A DNA stretch of 64,000 nucleotides, taken from the NCBI GenBank assembly GCA_037443035.1, contig JBBIPC010000002.1, positions 32,001 to 96,000 of the forward strand, written 5' to 3'. Both the position numbers and the translations under genes were made by a program. The notes under the pieces were generated by a model. That model was not told where the DNA came from. It searched no databases and was given only the letters and a program-made list of their open reading frames with translations. Numbering within the stretch: the stretch's first letter is position 1; every line of letters begins with the position of its first letter. Shown here piece after piece: positions 49,044 to 58,734 of this stretch. The stretch is from Chthonomonadales bacterium (lineage in GTDB: Bacteria; Armatimonadota; Chthonomonadetes; Chthonomonadales; CAJBBX01).

Positions 49044-51515
49044 CTAGATACCAAGGCGGTAGCGACGCACCACCTCGGCGCTATCAGCGGGTCGTCTGGG
49101 CGTGTAGCCCTTCAGAGGCAGAATGTTGGCATGGATGGCGTCCAGGATATCTACTGGATAGGGGAAGAAGCTCTCCTCTATCTCGTCGGGTGGGGTGATC
49201 CAGTTCTTCGCACCGACAACGACGGGAGGCGCATCTAGGTAGTCGAAGGCGAGCTGGCCGATCTTGGCCGCCATCGTTTGAATGGCACTCCCCCGTTCGC
49301 ACGCGTCGGATGCCAGCACGATGCGGCCGGTCTTCTGAACCGACTCTACGACTGGCCTGAAATCGAACGGCACCAACGTTCGCGCGTCTATGACTTCGGC
49401 CGAGAGGCCAAAGTCAGCCTCCAGTTGCTTCGCTGCATCCAGGGCGCGGTATAGCGTGGCACCCACTGTCAGGATGGTGATGTCCTTGCCGCTCCGCTTG
49501 ATGTCTGGCTCGCCAAGGGGGACCGTGTAGAAGCCCTCTGGAACGCCCCCTGGATGGAACAACTCCGGCTGGTCGTAGATGCGCTGGCTCTCGAAGAAGA
49601 CAACAGGATCCGTGCCGGTGAGCGCTGAATACATGAGGCCCTTGGCGTCGTACGGTGTCGCCGGGAACACGACCTTCAGGCCGGGTATGTGGTAGCAGAG
49701 AGCCGTCCAATCTTGACTGTGCTGCGCACCATACTTGGAGCCTACCGAAACGCGCACCACCACCGGCATCTTCAAGAGGCCACCGGACATGGCCTGCCAC
49801 TTGGAGAGCTGATTGAACACCTCGTCTCCAGCGCGACCCAAGAAGTCGCAGTACATCAGTTCCACCAGCGCGCGACCACCTTCCAGCGCGTAGCCCACCG
49901 CGGTTCCCACTATGGCGCCTTCTGAGATGGGTGTGTTGAAGAGACGATGGTACGGCAGTGCTTCCGTCAGGCCGCGATAGACTCCGAACGCGCCTCCCCA
50001 ATCGCGGTTCTCCTCGCCGTAGGCAACGAGTGTAGGATCCTTGTAGAATCGGTCCAGGATAGCCTCGAACAGGGCATCGCGGATGCCAATGCATCTGCCC
50101 TTCGGCAGTGGTTGTCCGTTCTCGTCAAGGCCCGAACGGCTCCGGCCAGCGAGCTGCTTCACTCTTGGATTGTCGGCCATCGAGATGAGCGTCTCCGGCG
50201 TTCGTTGCTCGTCCATGGTCTCGATGACCTGGTTGGAAAACATCGTACGATCGAGCAGGCAGTCGAAAGCGAAGAGGTTTGTGCGTGGCGATAGCTCCAG
50301 ATCGATCGCTAGCTTGTAGGCTCGGAGCACACGCTCTTCGGCTTCTTTCTGGATCTCAGCGAGCCTTGCCTCGTCGGCCAGCCCCGCATCCTGGAGCTGA
50401 CGAGCGTAGGACTCGATGGAGTCCACCTGCTGCCATTCTTCGACCTCGGCCTTGTCGCGATAGGAGGAGGCGTCGGACGGAGAGTGCCCTGTATAACGGT
50501 AAGTGAGAACGTCCAGCAGTACGGGCCCATGGCCCTGGGAAATGAGATCCTTCTTGCGCGCCATGGCGTCAATGACCGCCAGGGGGTTGTAACCATCCAC
50601 GCGTTCGGCATGCATCTGGTCTGGCGTGAGACCGGCCCCGACTCTGGCCAGGACATTGAAGCCCATGGTCTCGCCAACCGGCTGGCCACCCATCCCGTAG
50701 AAGTTGTTCACGAAGTTCAGGATGAACGGTAGACCGCCACGATGAGCCTCATCCCAGAGGGTCTTGTACTGGTCCATGGTGGCGAAGCATAGCGCCTCCC
50801 ACACAGGCCCGCAACCCATGGCGCCGTCTCCAATGTTGCAGACGACAATCCCGGGTCGGTGATTCACCTTCTTGAACAGCGCTGCGCCCACGGCAATGTC
50901 CGCCGATCCTCCCACGATGGCGTTGTTCGGGAAAACGCCAAACGGGGTGAAGAACGCATGCATGGAGCCGCCCATACCGCGGTTGAAGCCGGCCTCGCGA
51001 CCGAAGATCTCCGCCAGAGTTCCGTAAAGCAGGTAGTCCACCGCCACCGATCGAGTCGATCCTGACGCGGCTTTCTCGACTACAGCCAGCGTGGCGCCGT
51101 CAAGGTAGCTCTTCATAATCTGCTCGAGGGCATCCTCGTCGAGCTTCTCGATGGCCGACAGCCCCTTGGCGAGGATCTCTCCATGGCTGCGATGGCTGCC
51201 GAAGATATGATCCTCCACATCGAGGAGAAACGCTTGCCCGACGGCTTCAGCCTCCTGGCCGATGCTGAGATGGGCAGGCCCGCGGTGATCGTAGGGGATG
51301 TCGGCATATTGCCCAGTCTTCTTCACCTTGTCCAGCATTGTCTCGAACGTACGGATAAAGACCATGTCCCTGTAGATCCGAAGCAGGGAATCCGGCGAGT
51401 ATCGGGACAGCTCGTCCTTGACGGTGCCGGAGTACTGGCAGAGCGGGATAGGATCGAATTCCACGAAGCCGGGCTTGCGGACCTCGGAGGGATGGATCGG
51501 GATGGACTTGGGCAT
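49044..51515 (-). CDS. Fused E1 alpha/beta TPP-dependent 2-oxoacid/acetoin dehydrogenase-like protein
   Basis: [25 protein letters not shown]...NN TPP motif, YRYTGHS. Beta half [19 protein letters not shown]. Confidence 0.9.
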   Translation of the reverse strand: MPKSIPIHPSEVRKPGFVEFDPIPLCQYSGTVKDELSRYSPDSLLRIYRDMVFIRTFETMLDKVKKTGQYADIPYDHRGPAHLSIGQEAEAVGQAFLLDVEDHIFGSHRSHGEILAKGLSAIEKLDEDALEQIMKSYLDGATLAVVEKAASGSTRSVAVDYLLYGTLAEIFGREAGFNRGMGGSMHAFFTPFGVFPNNAIVGGSADIAVGAALFKKVNHRPGIVVCNIGDGAMGCGPVWEALCFATMDQYKTLWDEAHRGGLPFILNFVNNFYGMGGQPVGETMGFNVLARVGAGLTPDQMHAERVDGYNPLAVIDAMARKKDLISQGHGPVLLDVLTYRYTGHSPSDASSYRDKAEVEEWQQVDSIESYARQLQDAGLADEARLAEIQKEAEERVLRAYKLAIDLELSPRTNLFAFDCLLDRTMFSNQVIETMDEQRTPETLISMADNPRVKQLAGRSRSGLDENGQPLPKGRCIGIRDALFEAILDRFYKDPTLVAYGEENRDWGGAFGVYRGLTEALPYHRLFNTPISEGAIVGTAVGYALEGGRALVELMYCDFLGRAGDEVFNQLSKWQAMSGGLLKMPVVVRVSVGSKYGAQHSQDWTALCYHIPGLKVVFPATPYDAKGLMYSALTGTDPVVFFESQRIYDQPELFHPGGVPEGFYTVPLGEPDIKRSGKDITILTVGATLYRALDAAKQLEADFGLSAEVIDARTLVPFDFRPVVESVQKTGRIVLASDACERGSAIQTMAAKIGQLAFDYLDAPPVVVGAKNWITPPDEIEESFFPYPVDILDAIHANILPLKGYTPRRPADSAEVVRRYRLGI

Positions 51516-52231
51516 CAGTGAACTCCTCTCGTATTGCTGGGACCTTCCTTCAGGGCGTCTCGAAAGAACGCCTCCAGGATACGCTTGCCGTCCGGAAAGC
51601 GTTCGGTGTATTCCTCGGGATGGAACTGGACTCCAAGCAGCGGCCGGTCCCCGTGGCGCATAGCTTGGATGCGGCATTCTTCTGTGGATGCCAGATGCAG
51701 AAACCCGGGAGGCAACTGCTTGACTTCACAGTAATGGGACTCCATGACGACCGGTGGTGTGCTGCACGCCCGGAAGATCGGGTCTTCCGTGAGTACGGTG
51801 AGTGGGTAGAAGCCTCTCTCCATGAAGTACTCGGGATGGTAGTCCGGGTTCACAATCGGCTCGCCAGAACGCCGAAGTCGCATCGGCTCGTCATGCAACA
51901 CGCCACCTGGTGCCAGCCTCCCGTTGAAGATGAAACCGACAAGCTGATGCGAGCCACATACCGCGAGCGTGGGCACCGACGTGCCATTCATGAGCCAGTC
52001 GGCCACATTGTCGAACGCGCCAGGTTCGTACGTCTGGAAGGAACTAGCGAAGCCGCTCATGATAACGGCCCCAGGTTCCAGACTGTCCATAAGAGCTCTC
52101 GTTGCTATGTCGAACGGCAAGATCAGGCAGCGTTGCCTGGAGATCTCCTCGAAACGAGCTGCATGTCGAGCATAGGTGGCGGCCCAGTCAGGCCTCTCGT
52201 GGCTCTGTGCGAAGGTGATGTAAACGATCAT
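51515..52231 (-). CDS. Class I glutamine amidotransferase-like protein (GMP-synthase GAT type)
   Basis: Nucleophile elbow [22 protein letters not shown]. 1-nt overlap with the E1 start. Confidence 0.85.
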   Translation of the reverse strand: MIVYITFAQSHERPDWAATYARHAARFEEISRQRCLILPFDIATRALMDSLEPGAVIMSGFASSFQTYEPGAFDNVADWLMNGTSVPTLAVCGSHQLVGFIFNGRLAPGGVLHDEPMRLRRSGEPIVNPDYHPEYFMERGFYPLTVLTEDPIFRACSTPPVVMESHYCEVKQLPPGFLHLASTEECRIQAMRHGDRPLLGVQFHPEEYTERFPDGKRILEAFFRDALKEGPSNTRGVH

Positions 52232-52268
52232 TAGGTCGGGCTTACTGGTGCTCCGTCGTCGTTGGGCC

Positions 52269-52322
52269 TTGACAAGGAGCCTTCACATGCGTATGATACG
52301 CGAAAATCCGAAAGTAAATCAA
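52269..52322. promoter_or_regulatory. Overlapping divergent sigma70 promoters (DeoR gene and GATase-E1 operon)
   Basis: Plus: TTGACA-N17-TATGAT (52269-52297). Minus: TTGATT-N18-TATCAT (52322-52293). Both -10 boxes lie within the palindrome GCGTATGATACGC. Confidence 0.65.
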
Positions 52323-52354
52323 GTGTCTTCGCAAGTATTCGAAAGATGCGGACC

Positions 52355-53137
52355 ATGAGAAGGCGGTCGGTATTCGCCGAGGAGCGCCAGCGTGCCATCG
52401 TGCAGATTGTTCGCCAGTCCGGCGCTATCACGGTAGAGGAGTTGTCGAGTACGTTCGGCGTATCCGCTCCCACGATTCGGGCCGATCTCGCTCGTCTGGA
52501 GAGCCGTGGTCTCCTCGTTCGAACCCACGGCGGGGCTATTCGTGCGGAAGGCACGCTCTTCGAGCCGTCCCATGAGGACCGTAGGGTCATGCGGCGTGCC
52601 GAGAAGCAGGCAATCGCTCGCGCGGCCGCGGCCATGGTTCAGAACGGCGAGACTATTCTCCTCGATGCGGGAACCACGACGCTCGAGCTGGCGCTGCTAT
52701 TGCAGAACAAGCGCTCCATTACCGTCGTGACGAATTCGCTGGCCAACGCCATGGTGCTCATGGACGGTGGAGCAGTAGACGTGATCCTCATCGGTGGGCA
52801 GGTTCAGCGTCGTCGGCGCGCTGCTCTTGGACCGCTGGCTGTGCGTTTCCTCGACGGCTTCCGTGTGGACCGCGCCTTCATGGGCTTCAACGGCGTGGAT
52901 CCTGACGCCGGCTTGACGGTTGTGGACTTCGACGCGGCTGAGGTCAAACGGAAGATGATGAGCATCGCGACTCAAACGGTCGTCATTGCAGACTCGGACA
53001 AGATCGGTAGAGTGGCGTTCGCTGCCGCGGCTCCTGTCACCGACGCTCGCGCCCTCATCACCGACGCAGGAGCACCTCCCGATACGATCGAGCGGATACG
53101 TGAGCTAGGAGTCCGAGTAGAGCTGGTCAGTGTCTGA
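52355..53137 (+). CDS. DeoR/GlpR-family transcriptional regulator
   Basis: EERQRAI...FGVSAPTIRADL...RTHGGA, LDAGTT, VVTNS, ADSDKIG. Confidence 0.95.
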   Translation: MRRRSVFAEERQRAIVQIVRQSGAITVEELSSTFGVSAPTIRADLARLESRGLLVRTHGGAIRAEGTLFEPSHEDRRVMRRAEKQAIARAAAAMVQNGETILLDAGTTTLELALLLQNKRSITVVTNSLANAMVLMDGGAVDVILIGGQVQRRRRAALGPLAVRFLDGFRVDRAFMGFNGVDPDAGLTVVDFDAAEVKRKMMSIATQTVVIADSDKIGRVAFAAAAPVTDARALITDAGAPPDTIERIRELGVRVELVSV

Positions 53138-53179
53138 GCGGTCCCTCATTACGTACCGGCGCATGGCCGTGTATCTCCC

Positions 53180-53208
53180 TTGCCAGGATTGCTCGGGAGA
53201 GCTATAAT
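53180..53208 (+). promoter_or_regulatory. Sigma70 promoter (probably leaderless)
   Basis: TTGCCA-N17-TATAAT, then 7 nt to ATG 53216. Confidence 0.7.
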
Positions 53209-53215
53209 CGCGTGC

Positions 53216-53554
53216 ATGGATGCCATGCATGCTAGCCCCATCGCCATCGTCAACAGGCTGCGCACGGCGACACTGGAGGGGAGGCTCCTGTGGCGGAGCA
53301 GCGGCGAGGTGCCGACGGAGTACAAAGTGGTGCTCGACGAAGGGCACAGCGTCATTGTTGCCAAGGTGCCCGCCGGTACGGCGGTGGTACTGACCATGGC
53401 GAATGCCGACGGGAAACCTACGCTGCACCTGGACAGCGGACGCGTGAAGGATGATCTGCTGAGGCTGGCGCTCTTGCAGCTCTACGTCGCCGTCAGGGAT
53501 CGCGTAGCCGCCCTCGCCCTGGAGGATGCTGCCCGGGCCGTCGAGGACCTCTAG
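53216..53554 (+). CDS. Hypothetical protein (112 aa)
   Basis: ORF fills the gap directly behind a near-consensus promoter and has a globular-looking composition. Confidence 0.65.
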   Translation: MDAMHASPIAIVNRLRTATLEGRLLWRSSGEVPTEYKVVLDEGHSVIVAKVPAGTAVVLTMANADGKPTLHLDSGRVKDDLLRLALLQLYVAVRDRVAALALEDAARAVEDL

Positions 53555-53637
53555 AACGCTCCACGCGCCTCCCTGGCCGCGGTTCGTTCTCCTGCTAATA
53601 CGACTTGCAGGCGTACTGCAAGCTCAGAACGCCCCCT

Positions 53638-53673
53638 GCCGGCGGACGCAGGTTCCGTTCTGCGCCCGCCGGC
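53638..53673. terminator. GC-rich hairpin between convergent genes
   Basis: GCCGGCGGACGCAG-N8-CTGCGCCCGCCGGC. Confidence 0.5.
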
Positions 53674-53706
53674 TACCCTGGAAGCGTTAGATTGCTATAG
53701 AGCTTG

Positions 53707-54525
53707 CTAGTCGAGATCCCAGAGGTACTGCGTGCGATCGATGATCTGAACGGAACCGTAGGCGGAAGCGGGCGTCCAGTTCGTGCCAGCCGCCAGCAGA
53801 CCCGGCCGCAGGTGCCGCACATGGCCATCCAGGAAGGCAATGTTGCCACCTTCGCTGTGGCGGTTCAGGAAGAAGCCCATGTTGGTCCGACCCGTCATGG
53901 CCATCCAGATGCCCCCGTTGGGGCCGCCCCAGTCGCCATACGTGCAAGCATCATTGGCGGTCAGACCGCCGGGTGCATACACGATGTGGGAGCCAACGTT
54001 CTCATCGGTGCCGATCTGACCGGTCTCGGTGAGCAGTACGGTCTCAGCCGGCTTGCTTGCCGCGGCCACGGGCACTGGCGGCCCGAAGGCATTACCGTTC
54101 ACCATAATATTGCCGCAGCCGTAGTTAGCTCGGTTCAGGTAGGTGGCGTTCATGCCGTACTGCGTGAAGTACCTCCACCATCCCCACCACCGATTGGCGG
54201 ACACGTTCAGGCTGGCTGGGAGCCGCTTCCCTCCACCGGACGGACAGAACATCAGATCCCAGTTCTTGATGTAGGGCTGGACTCTGTCGGTCCACGAGCC
54301 CAGCGTGTTGAGGTCATAGACGAGCGGAACGACCTCGTCGTAGTCCTGAACGTACATCAGGACGCCCAGCGACACCTGCTTGGCGTTCGAGAGACACCCT
54401 GTCTGCCGCGCCTTCTCACGCGCTTGCGCGAAGACGGGGAACAGGATGGCAGCGAGTATCGCGATAATCGCGATCACGACGAGCAGCTCGATCAGGGTGA
54501 AACCTGACCGTACCCCACGCTTCAT
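53707..54525 (-). CDS. Prepilin-type N-terminal cleavage/methylation, DUF1559-like, H-X9-DG domain protein
   Basis: [79 protein letters not shown]. Confidence 0.92.
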   Translation of the reverse strand: MKRGVRSGFTLIELLVVIAIIAILAAILFPVFAQAREKARQTGCLSNAKQVSLGVLMYVQDYDEVVPLVYDLNTLGSWTDRVQPYIKNWDLMFCPSGGGKRLPASLNVSANRWWGWWRYFTQYGMNATYLNRANYGCGNIMVNGNAFGPPVPVAAASKPAETVLLTETGQIGTDENVGSHIVYAPGGLTANDACTYGDWGGPNGGIWMAMTGRTNMGFFLNRHSEGGNIAFLDGHVRHLRPGLLAAGTNWTPASAYGSVQIIDRTQYLWDLD

Positions 54526-54694
54526 CAGTTGCTCCTCCCTCTAATCGTAAGACTTACGACCTGGCGGGACTGCGTCCACTGTCAATCTGGCACCACCGGG
54601 GCAGGCCCAAGGCCCTGCGACGGCAACACCTGCTCAGTAGGCGCGGCGCTAGCTGCGGCCCGTGCCACCGAGCATTCTTCATGTACTCGATACT

Positions 54695-54723
54695 AGACTA
54701 CAACACCGGAGCGCGATTGTCAA
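54695..54723 (-). promoter_or_regulatory. Sigma70 promoter of the prepilin-like gene
   Basis: TTGACA-N17-TAGTCT, giving a leader of about 160 nt. Confidence 0.6.
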
Positions 54724-54746
54724 GGTGTTACAGCATGAATGACGAA

Positions 54747-54776
54747 TGCGGGCCGCCGAATGTTCGGTGGCCCGCA
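54747..54776 (-). terminator. Probable terminator hairpin after the beta-barrel gene
   Basis: TGCGGGCCGCCGAA / TTCGGTGGCCCGCA inverted repeat. Confidence 0.55.
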
Positions 54777-54866
54777 CAAGATTCCTTGCCAGAATCTGCG
54801 TCGTCTCCGATTGCCTGCGCTTCCGCTGTCTGCAGTGCGAGCGGTGCGCGGCAAGCCAGACACGCT

Positions 54867-55367
54867 TCAGAAGCTATAGCCCACGGTCAACGACCAGCCA
54901 TTGAGCTCCTGTCTCGAGGCGTTGGTCCCGAGGTACCGAATGTCCACCGTGATCGGGTTCGTTCCCGTACGGACCTCGTAGCCCACCAGCAGGTTGTACG
55001 CCAGCGCGGACATGCCTTTCTCCACATCATGCCCCAGGCTGAGCCCAGCGCCCACGCCGTAGCGCAGTCCTTGAGACGTGCCGCGTAGGTTCAGGCAGAA
55101 CGGAACGCTGTAGATATTCTCAGCCCCGTAGTAGTCCACGCTGACGGTTCCGCGCCAACGATCGGCCTGGTAGAAGGTGTGCTCCGCGCCGATAGCCAAC
55201 CACACATCGCCACCTTTGTCGCGGGAGACCTTCTTCTCGGGCACGAGCAGCCCGGCGCGAAGCTCCCAGTTCTTGCCGAGTTCCTGGTCGCCGGTGAACT
55301 GCGCCCTAGCGACCGCCGGCGCTCCCATGACGAGTGCGCCAACCAGCACAGCCAAGACCTTCCTCAC
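54867..55367 (-). CDS. Small outer-membrane beta-barrel protein
   Basis: Signal peptide (…APAVARA), alternating beta-strands, C-terminal WSLTVGYSF ending in Phe. AAAGGAGG RBS. Confidence 0.75.
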   Translation of the reverse strand: MRKVLAVLVGALVMGAPAVARAQFTGDQELGKNWELRAGLLVPEKKVSRDKGGDVWLAIGAEHTFYQADRWRGTVSVDYYGAENIYSVPFCLNLRGTSQGLRYGVGAGLSLGHDVEKGMSALAYNLLVGYEVRTGTNPITVDIRYLGTNASRQELNGWSLTVGYSF

Positions 55368-55469
55368 TAGTCTTGCCTCCTTTCGAGGGATGGCGGACGA
55401 CGGCCTTCTCTCCGGAGTTACGAGACCGCCTGACGCCTGACGATCTGCCTGGCAGACCGCTCAGTGCGT

Positions 55470-55498
55470 ATTCTACCATGGAACTCGCGGCGTGGCAA
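55470..55498 (-). promoter_or_regulatory. Sigma70 promoter of the beta-barrel gene
   Basis: TTGCCA-N17-TAGAAT. Confidence 0.6.
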
Positions 55499-55524
55499 GC
55501 CGCACAGTCGGAACGAGGTGTGGA

Positions 55525-57198
55525 CTACATTCTGTCTGGCGCAGATACGCCCAGCAGACCCAGCAGATTGGCCACAACCGTCCTCGTGGCTGCGAACAGT
55601 GCCAAGCGTGCATCGCGGATGGCCTCCGGCACATCCTCCTTCAGCGCTGGGCATTCCTCGTAGAACTGGTGGAGGGCCTGGCCGATGACCCGTACGTATG
55701 CCGCCAGGCGATGAGGGGCCATGGTTTCGGCCGCGAGCCGCACCTCCCGCGGGTATTCCGCCAGGGTTCTGAGCAGCTCCAATTCCTTGCCATGGACGAG
55801 CAAGGACCTGTCCACATCCTCCGCGTTCTTTAGCTGAACATTCATCTCCACGGCCCGGCGCAAGACGGCCGAACACCGTGCATGTGCGTACTGGGCATAG
55901 TAGACTGGGTTCTCTGCGCTCTGCGTCTTGGCAAGCTCGAGGTCGAACGTGGCCGTCGTCTCATAGGAGCCCATGAGACAGTAGAATCGCGCCGCATCGC
56001 GGCCTACCTCCTCGACGAGGTCTATCAACGGGATGATGTCACCAGCGCGCTTGGATCCCCGCACCGGCTCGCCGTCGCGCATCAGTAGGACCATCTGCGT
56101 AAGGATAATCGCGCACCGATCAGGATCATAGCCCAGCGCTTTGATACCTGCCTTGAGTCGCGCTACGTATCCGTGGTGATCGGCGCCCCAGATGTTGACC
56201 AGGTGCGTGTATCCGCGGTCGAACTTGTCTTTGTGGTACGCAGCATCGGCCGCTACGTAGGTCTCCCGTTCGTTGGAGCGCACCAAGACACGGTCCTGGT
56301 CGTCGCCGGTCAGCTCCGTTGACTTCAGCCACAGGGCGCCATCGCGTTCGTAGGCGTAACCGGCCCGTCGCATCTGCTCGATCGCCCTCGAGACAGCCCC
56401 GGACCTGTACAAGTCGCTTTCGAAGAACCACCGATCGAACTCGACACCAAAGGCGGCCAGGTCCGAGCGCTGGTGCGCCAGCATCCTTTCCACGGCCATC
56501 TCGCGGAACGTTCGGTTACGTTCGACATCGGGAAGAGCGGCGAACGCGTCGCCGTGCTCTCTGATGATCTCGCGTGCCAGGTCTGTGAGGTACTCCCCTT
56601 GGTAGCCGTCTGGCGGCAGCTCTGCCGGTTGGCCCAGACACTGAAGGTACCGAGCTGCCAGCGAAGCCCCGAGGAGATCGATCTGGGTGGAGTTCAATGC
56701 ATCGTTGACGTAGAACTCCGTGGCAACTTCTGCACCGCATGCTCGGAACAACTTGGCCAGCGAATCGCCGAGTGCTGCCGCACGACCGTTCACAACGCTG
56801 ATGGGGCCGGTCGGATTGGCGCTCACGAACTCAAGGAGGATCCGGCGGCCTTCCATGGACCGGCAGTGACCGTAATGAGGACCCTCCTTCTCGATGGTCA
56901 CCATGGCATCATGGAGCCAATCCGGGCGAAGTCGGAAATTGATGAAGCCTGGGCCTGCCACTTCCACGGTAGCGACGATAGTTCCCTCGACGCCCATGCG
57001 TTCCACGATCCTCTCCGCCACTTCTCTCGGCGGCATGCCGGCGGTCTTCGCCAGCACGAGGGCGGCGTTGGTTGCGTAATCGCCGTGCTGCTTGTTCCGC
57101 GGGGGCTCGATTTCGACAACCGCGTCCTTACACGCGGCCGGCAACCCACCTGCGGCGCAGGCCGACTGTATGGCCTCCCTCACTAGCTCGATGAGCAT
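55525..57198 (-). CDS. argS: Arginine--tRNA ligase
   Basis: HGDYATN, AGPGFINF, EFVSANPTGP, WGADHHGY, SKRAG, NPVYYAQYAHAR. Confidence 0.96.
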   Translation of the reverse strand: MLIELVREAIQSACAAGGLPAACKDAVVEIEPPRNKQHGDYATNAALVLAKTAGMPPREVAERIVERMGVEGTIVATVEVAGPGFINFRLRPDWLHDAMVTIEKEGPHYGHCRSMEGRRILLEFVSANPTGPISVVNGRAAALGDSLAKLFRACGAEVATEFYVNDALNSTQIDLLGASLAARYLQCLGQPAELPPDGYQGEYLTDLAREIIREHGDAFAALPDVERNRTFREMAVERMLAHQRSDLAAFGVEFDRWFFESDLYRSGAVSRAIEQMRRAGYAYERDGALWLKSTELTGDDQDRVLVRSNERETYVAADAAYHKDKFDRGYTHLVNIWGADHHGYVARLKAGIKALGYDPDRCAIILTQMVLLMRDGEPVRGSKRAGDIIPLIDLVEEVGRDAARFYCLMGSYETTATFDLELAKTQSAENPVYYAQYAHARCSAVLRRAVEMNVQLKNAEDVDRSLLVHGKELELLRTLAEYPREVRLAAETMAPHRLAAYVRVIGQALHQFYEECPALKEDVPEAIRDARLALFAATRTVVANLLGLLGVSAPDRM

Positions 57199-57203
57199 GG
57201 GTA

Positions 57204-58451
57204 TTACCAAAGTCGCAGTCCTCCCAGATCTGGTAAGAGCAAAGACATGAACGCCGACAGGATCAGCACAGGCACGGCTACACCGATGAACACGCCAACT
57301 CCCACCTGCGGCACACCTGATGCCCACACACGCGCCAGCTTCGAGGGTGCACAGTTGGCTGCCACGCTATACTGTTCCTGCAGCTCCTGGGCAACCTCGA
57401 TGGCGTGCACGCGTTGATGGTCGTTCGGTTCTCGGGTGGTGACGTGAGCCTGAAGCCAGTCCCCCAGCCGTCGCCACACTCGCAAAGTGATGACAGCCCC
57501 CAGGACACTACCGAGGATCGTGCCTGAGCTCCACGGGCTCAGCGCCGTGACAAGCCCTACCACAGCTCCGAACAAGGCTACTGCAGCGAGGACATTCGTG
57601 CCACAACGGGGATGCACACGAGGCATCCGGGCAACGACCGCCGGTGTCAGAGGCTCGCCTCGCTCCAACGCATGCACAACCTGATGCTCCGCCCCGTGGT
57701 ATCGGGTCAGCGGGCTCATCCACAGCACCGCGAGGAATACGACCGCTGCCAGTCCCTGGACCCCCAGCCATACGAGGGCACCAACCGTCTGAGACGGTGG
57801 ATCGAGCCTGCTCCATAGATGCAGGTAATCCGTCCCAAGGTGATAGTCCACCATCCAGCAGACAGCGCCGACAAGTAGATAGGCTGCGGCGAGCATGAGT
57901 CCCAGGCATACTCCGCTCCCGACCAAGCCCCACGAACGGACGCCTGCCTGCACGTTGCCCGCGGCTAGATGGATGCCGAAAGGTGTCGCCATCCCGCCGA
58001 TGCTTTGAAACGTCACCGGTCGCCGGGCCGTATCGAAGACATCATGCCAGAAGACCCCACCCAGCAAATGGCTCCGTTCATCCACTACGAGAATCATGCC
58101 ACTCGGGCCCTGAGTCAGCATCTGGACGGCGTCCGCGATCCTGGCTGTTTCTGGCAGCACACTCGGAGATGTCTCCAGGAGCGCCATGACGTCCCGCTGG
58201 ATGACCTCTGCCCGGTTCGCTGAACCTAGTGCGCGGCGGACAGCAGCTTCGCTGACCACTCCGAGAAGCCGACCAGCGTCGTCTACGACCGGTATCATCG
58301 CCCATCCCAGACCTGCCAGAGCGGACGCTGCGTGGGCAACACTATTGTAGGACTGCAAGGCGGGAACAGGACGGAGACACGATCGGATGCTCCGACTGGA
58401 TGGTCCGGTCGTTGCAGTCTGCGATATCGGTCGGCTGGTACTTGCGCGCAA
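57204..58451 (-). CDS. CBS-pair + DUF1385 (YqhQ-like) membrane protein; start uncertain
   Basis: CBS motifs IPVVDDAGRLLGVVSE and LVVDERSHLLG. DUF1385 motifs IGGMA, YHGAEHQ, HPRCGTN, LQAHVTTREP. In-frame starts are TTG 58451, ATG 58523 and TTG 58547. Confidence 0.75.
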   Translation of the reverse strand: MRASTSRPISQTATTGPSSRSIRSCLRPVPALQSYNSVAHAASALAGLGWAMIPVVDDAGRLLGVVSEAAVRRALGSANRAEVIQRDVMALLETSPSVLPETARIADAVQMLTQGPSGMILVVDERSHLLGGVFWHDVFDTARRPVTFQSIGGMATPFGIHLAAGNVQAGVRSWGLVGSGVCLGLMLAAAYLLVGAVCWMVDYHLGTDYLHLWSRLDPPSQTVGALVWLGVQGLAAVVFLAVLWMSPLTRYHGAEHQVVHALERGEPLTPAVVARMPRVHPRCGTNVLAAVALFGAVVGLVTALSPWSSGTILGSVLGAVITLRVWRRLGDWLQAHVTTREPNDHQRVHAIEVAQELQEQYSVAANCAPSKLARVWASGVPQVGVGVFIGVAVPVLILSAFMSLLLPDLGGLRLW

Positions 58452-58521
58452 TGTGCTATACTGTTGCGCCGCAGGGGCAACGGTGCTCCGCGCGGACGGA
58501 TATCGAGGAGGCGCTACTGCC

Positions 58522-58734
58522 ATGCAAGTTTGCGAGGTGTGCGGCAAGCGCCCGCAGTTCGGTCAGAACATCCGGCACGTCCACTCCGGCGCATGGGCTC
58601 TGAAGGCTCAGCGAACCAAACGCCGTTGGATACCGAATCTCCAATCGGCAAGAGTCGTGAGCGGGAACACCACGCGGCGAATCCGCGTGTGTGCGAAGTG
58701 CCTGAAGGCGGGCAAGGTGGCGCGGGCGGCCTGA
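58522..58734 (+). CDS. rpmB: 50S ribosomal protein L28 (Zn-binding C+ form)
   Basis: MQVCEVCGKRPQFG...TKRRWIPNLQ...VCAKCLKAGK. GAGGAGG RBS. Confidence 0.93.
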   Translation: MQVCEVCGKRPQFGQNIRHVHSGAWALKAQRTKRRWIPNLQSARVVSGNTTRRIRVCAKCLKAGKVARAA

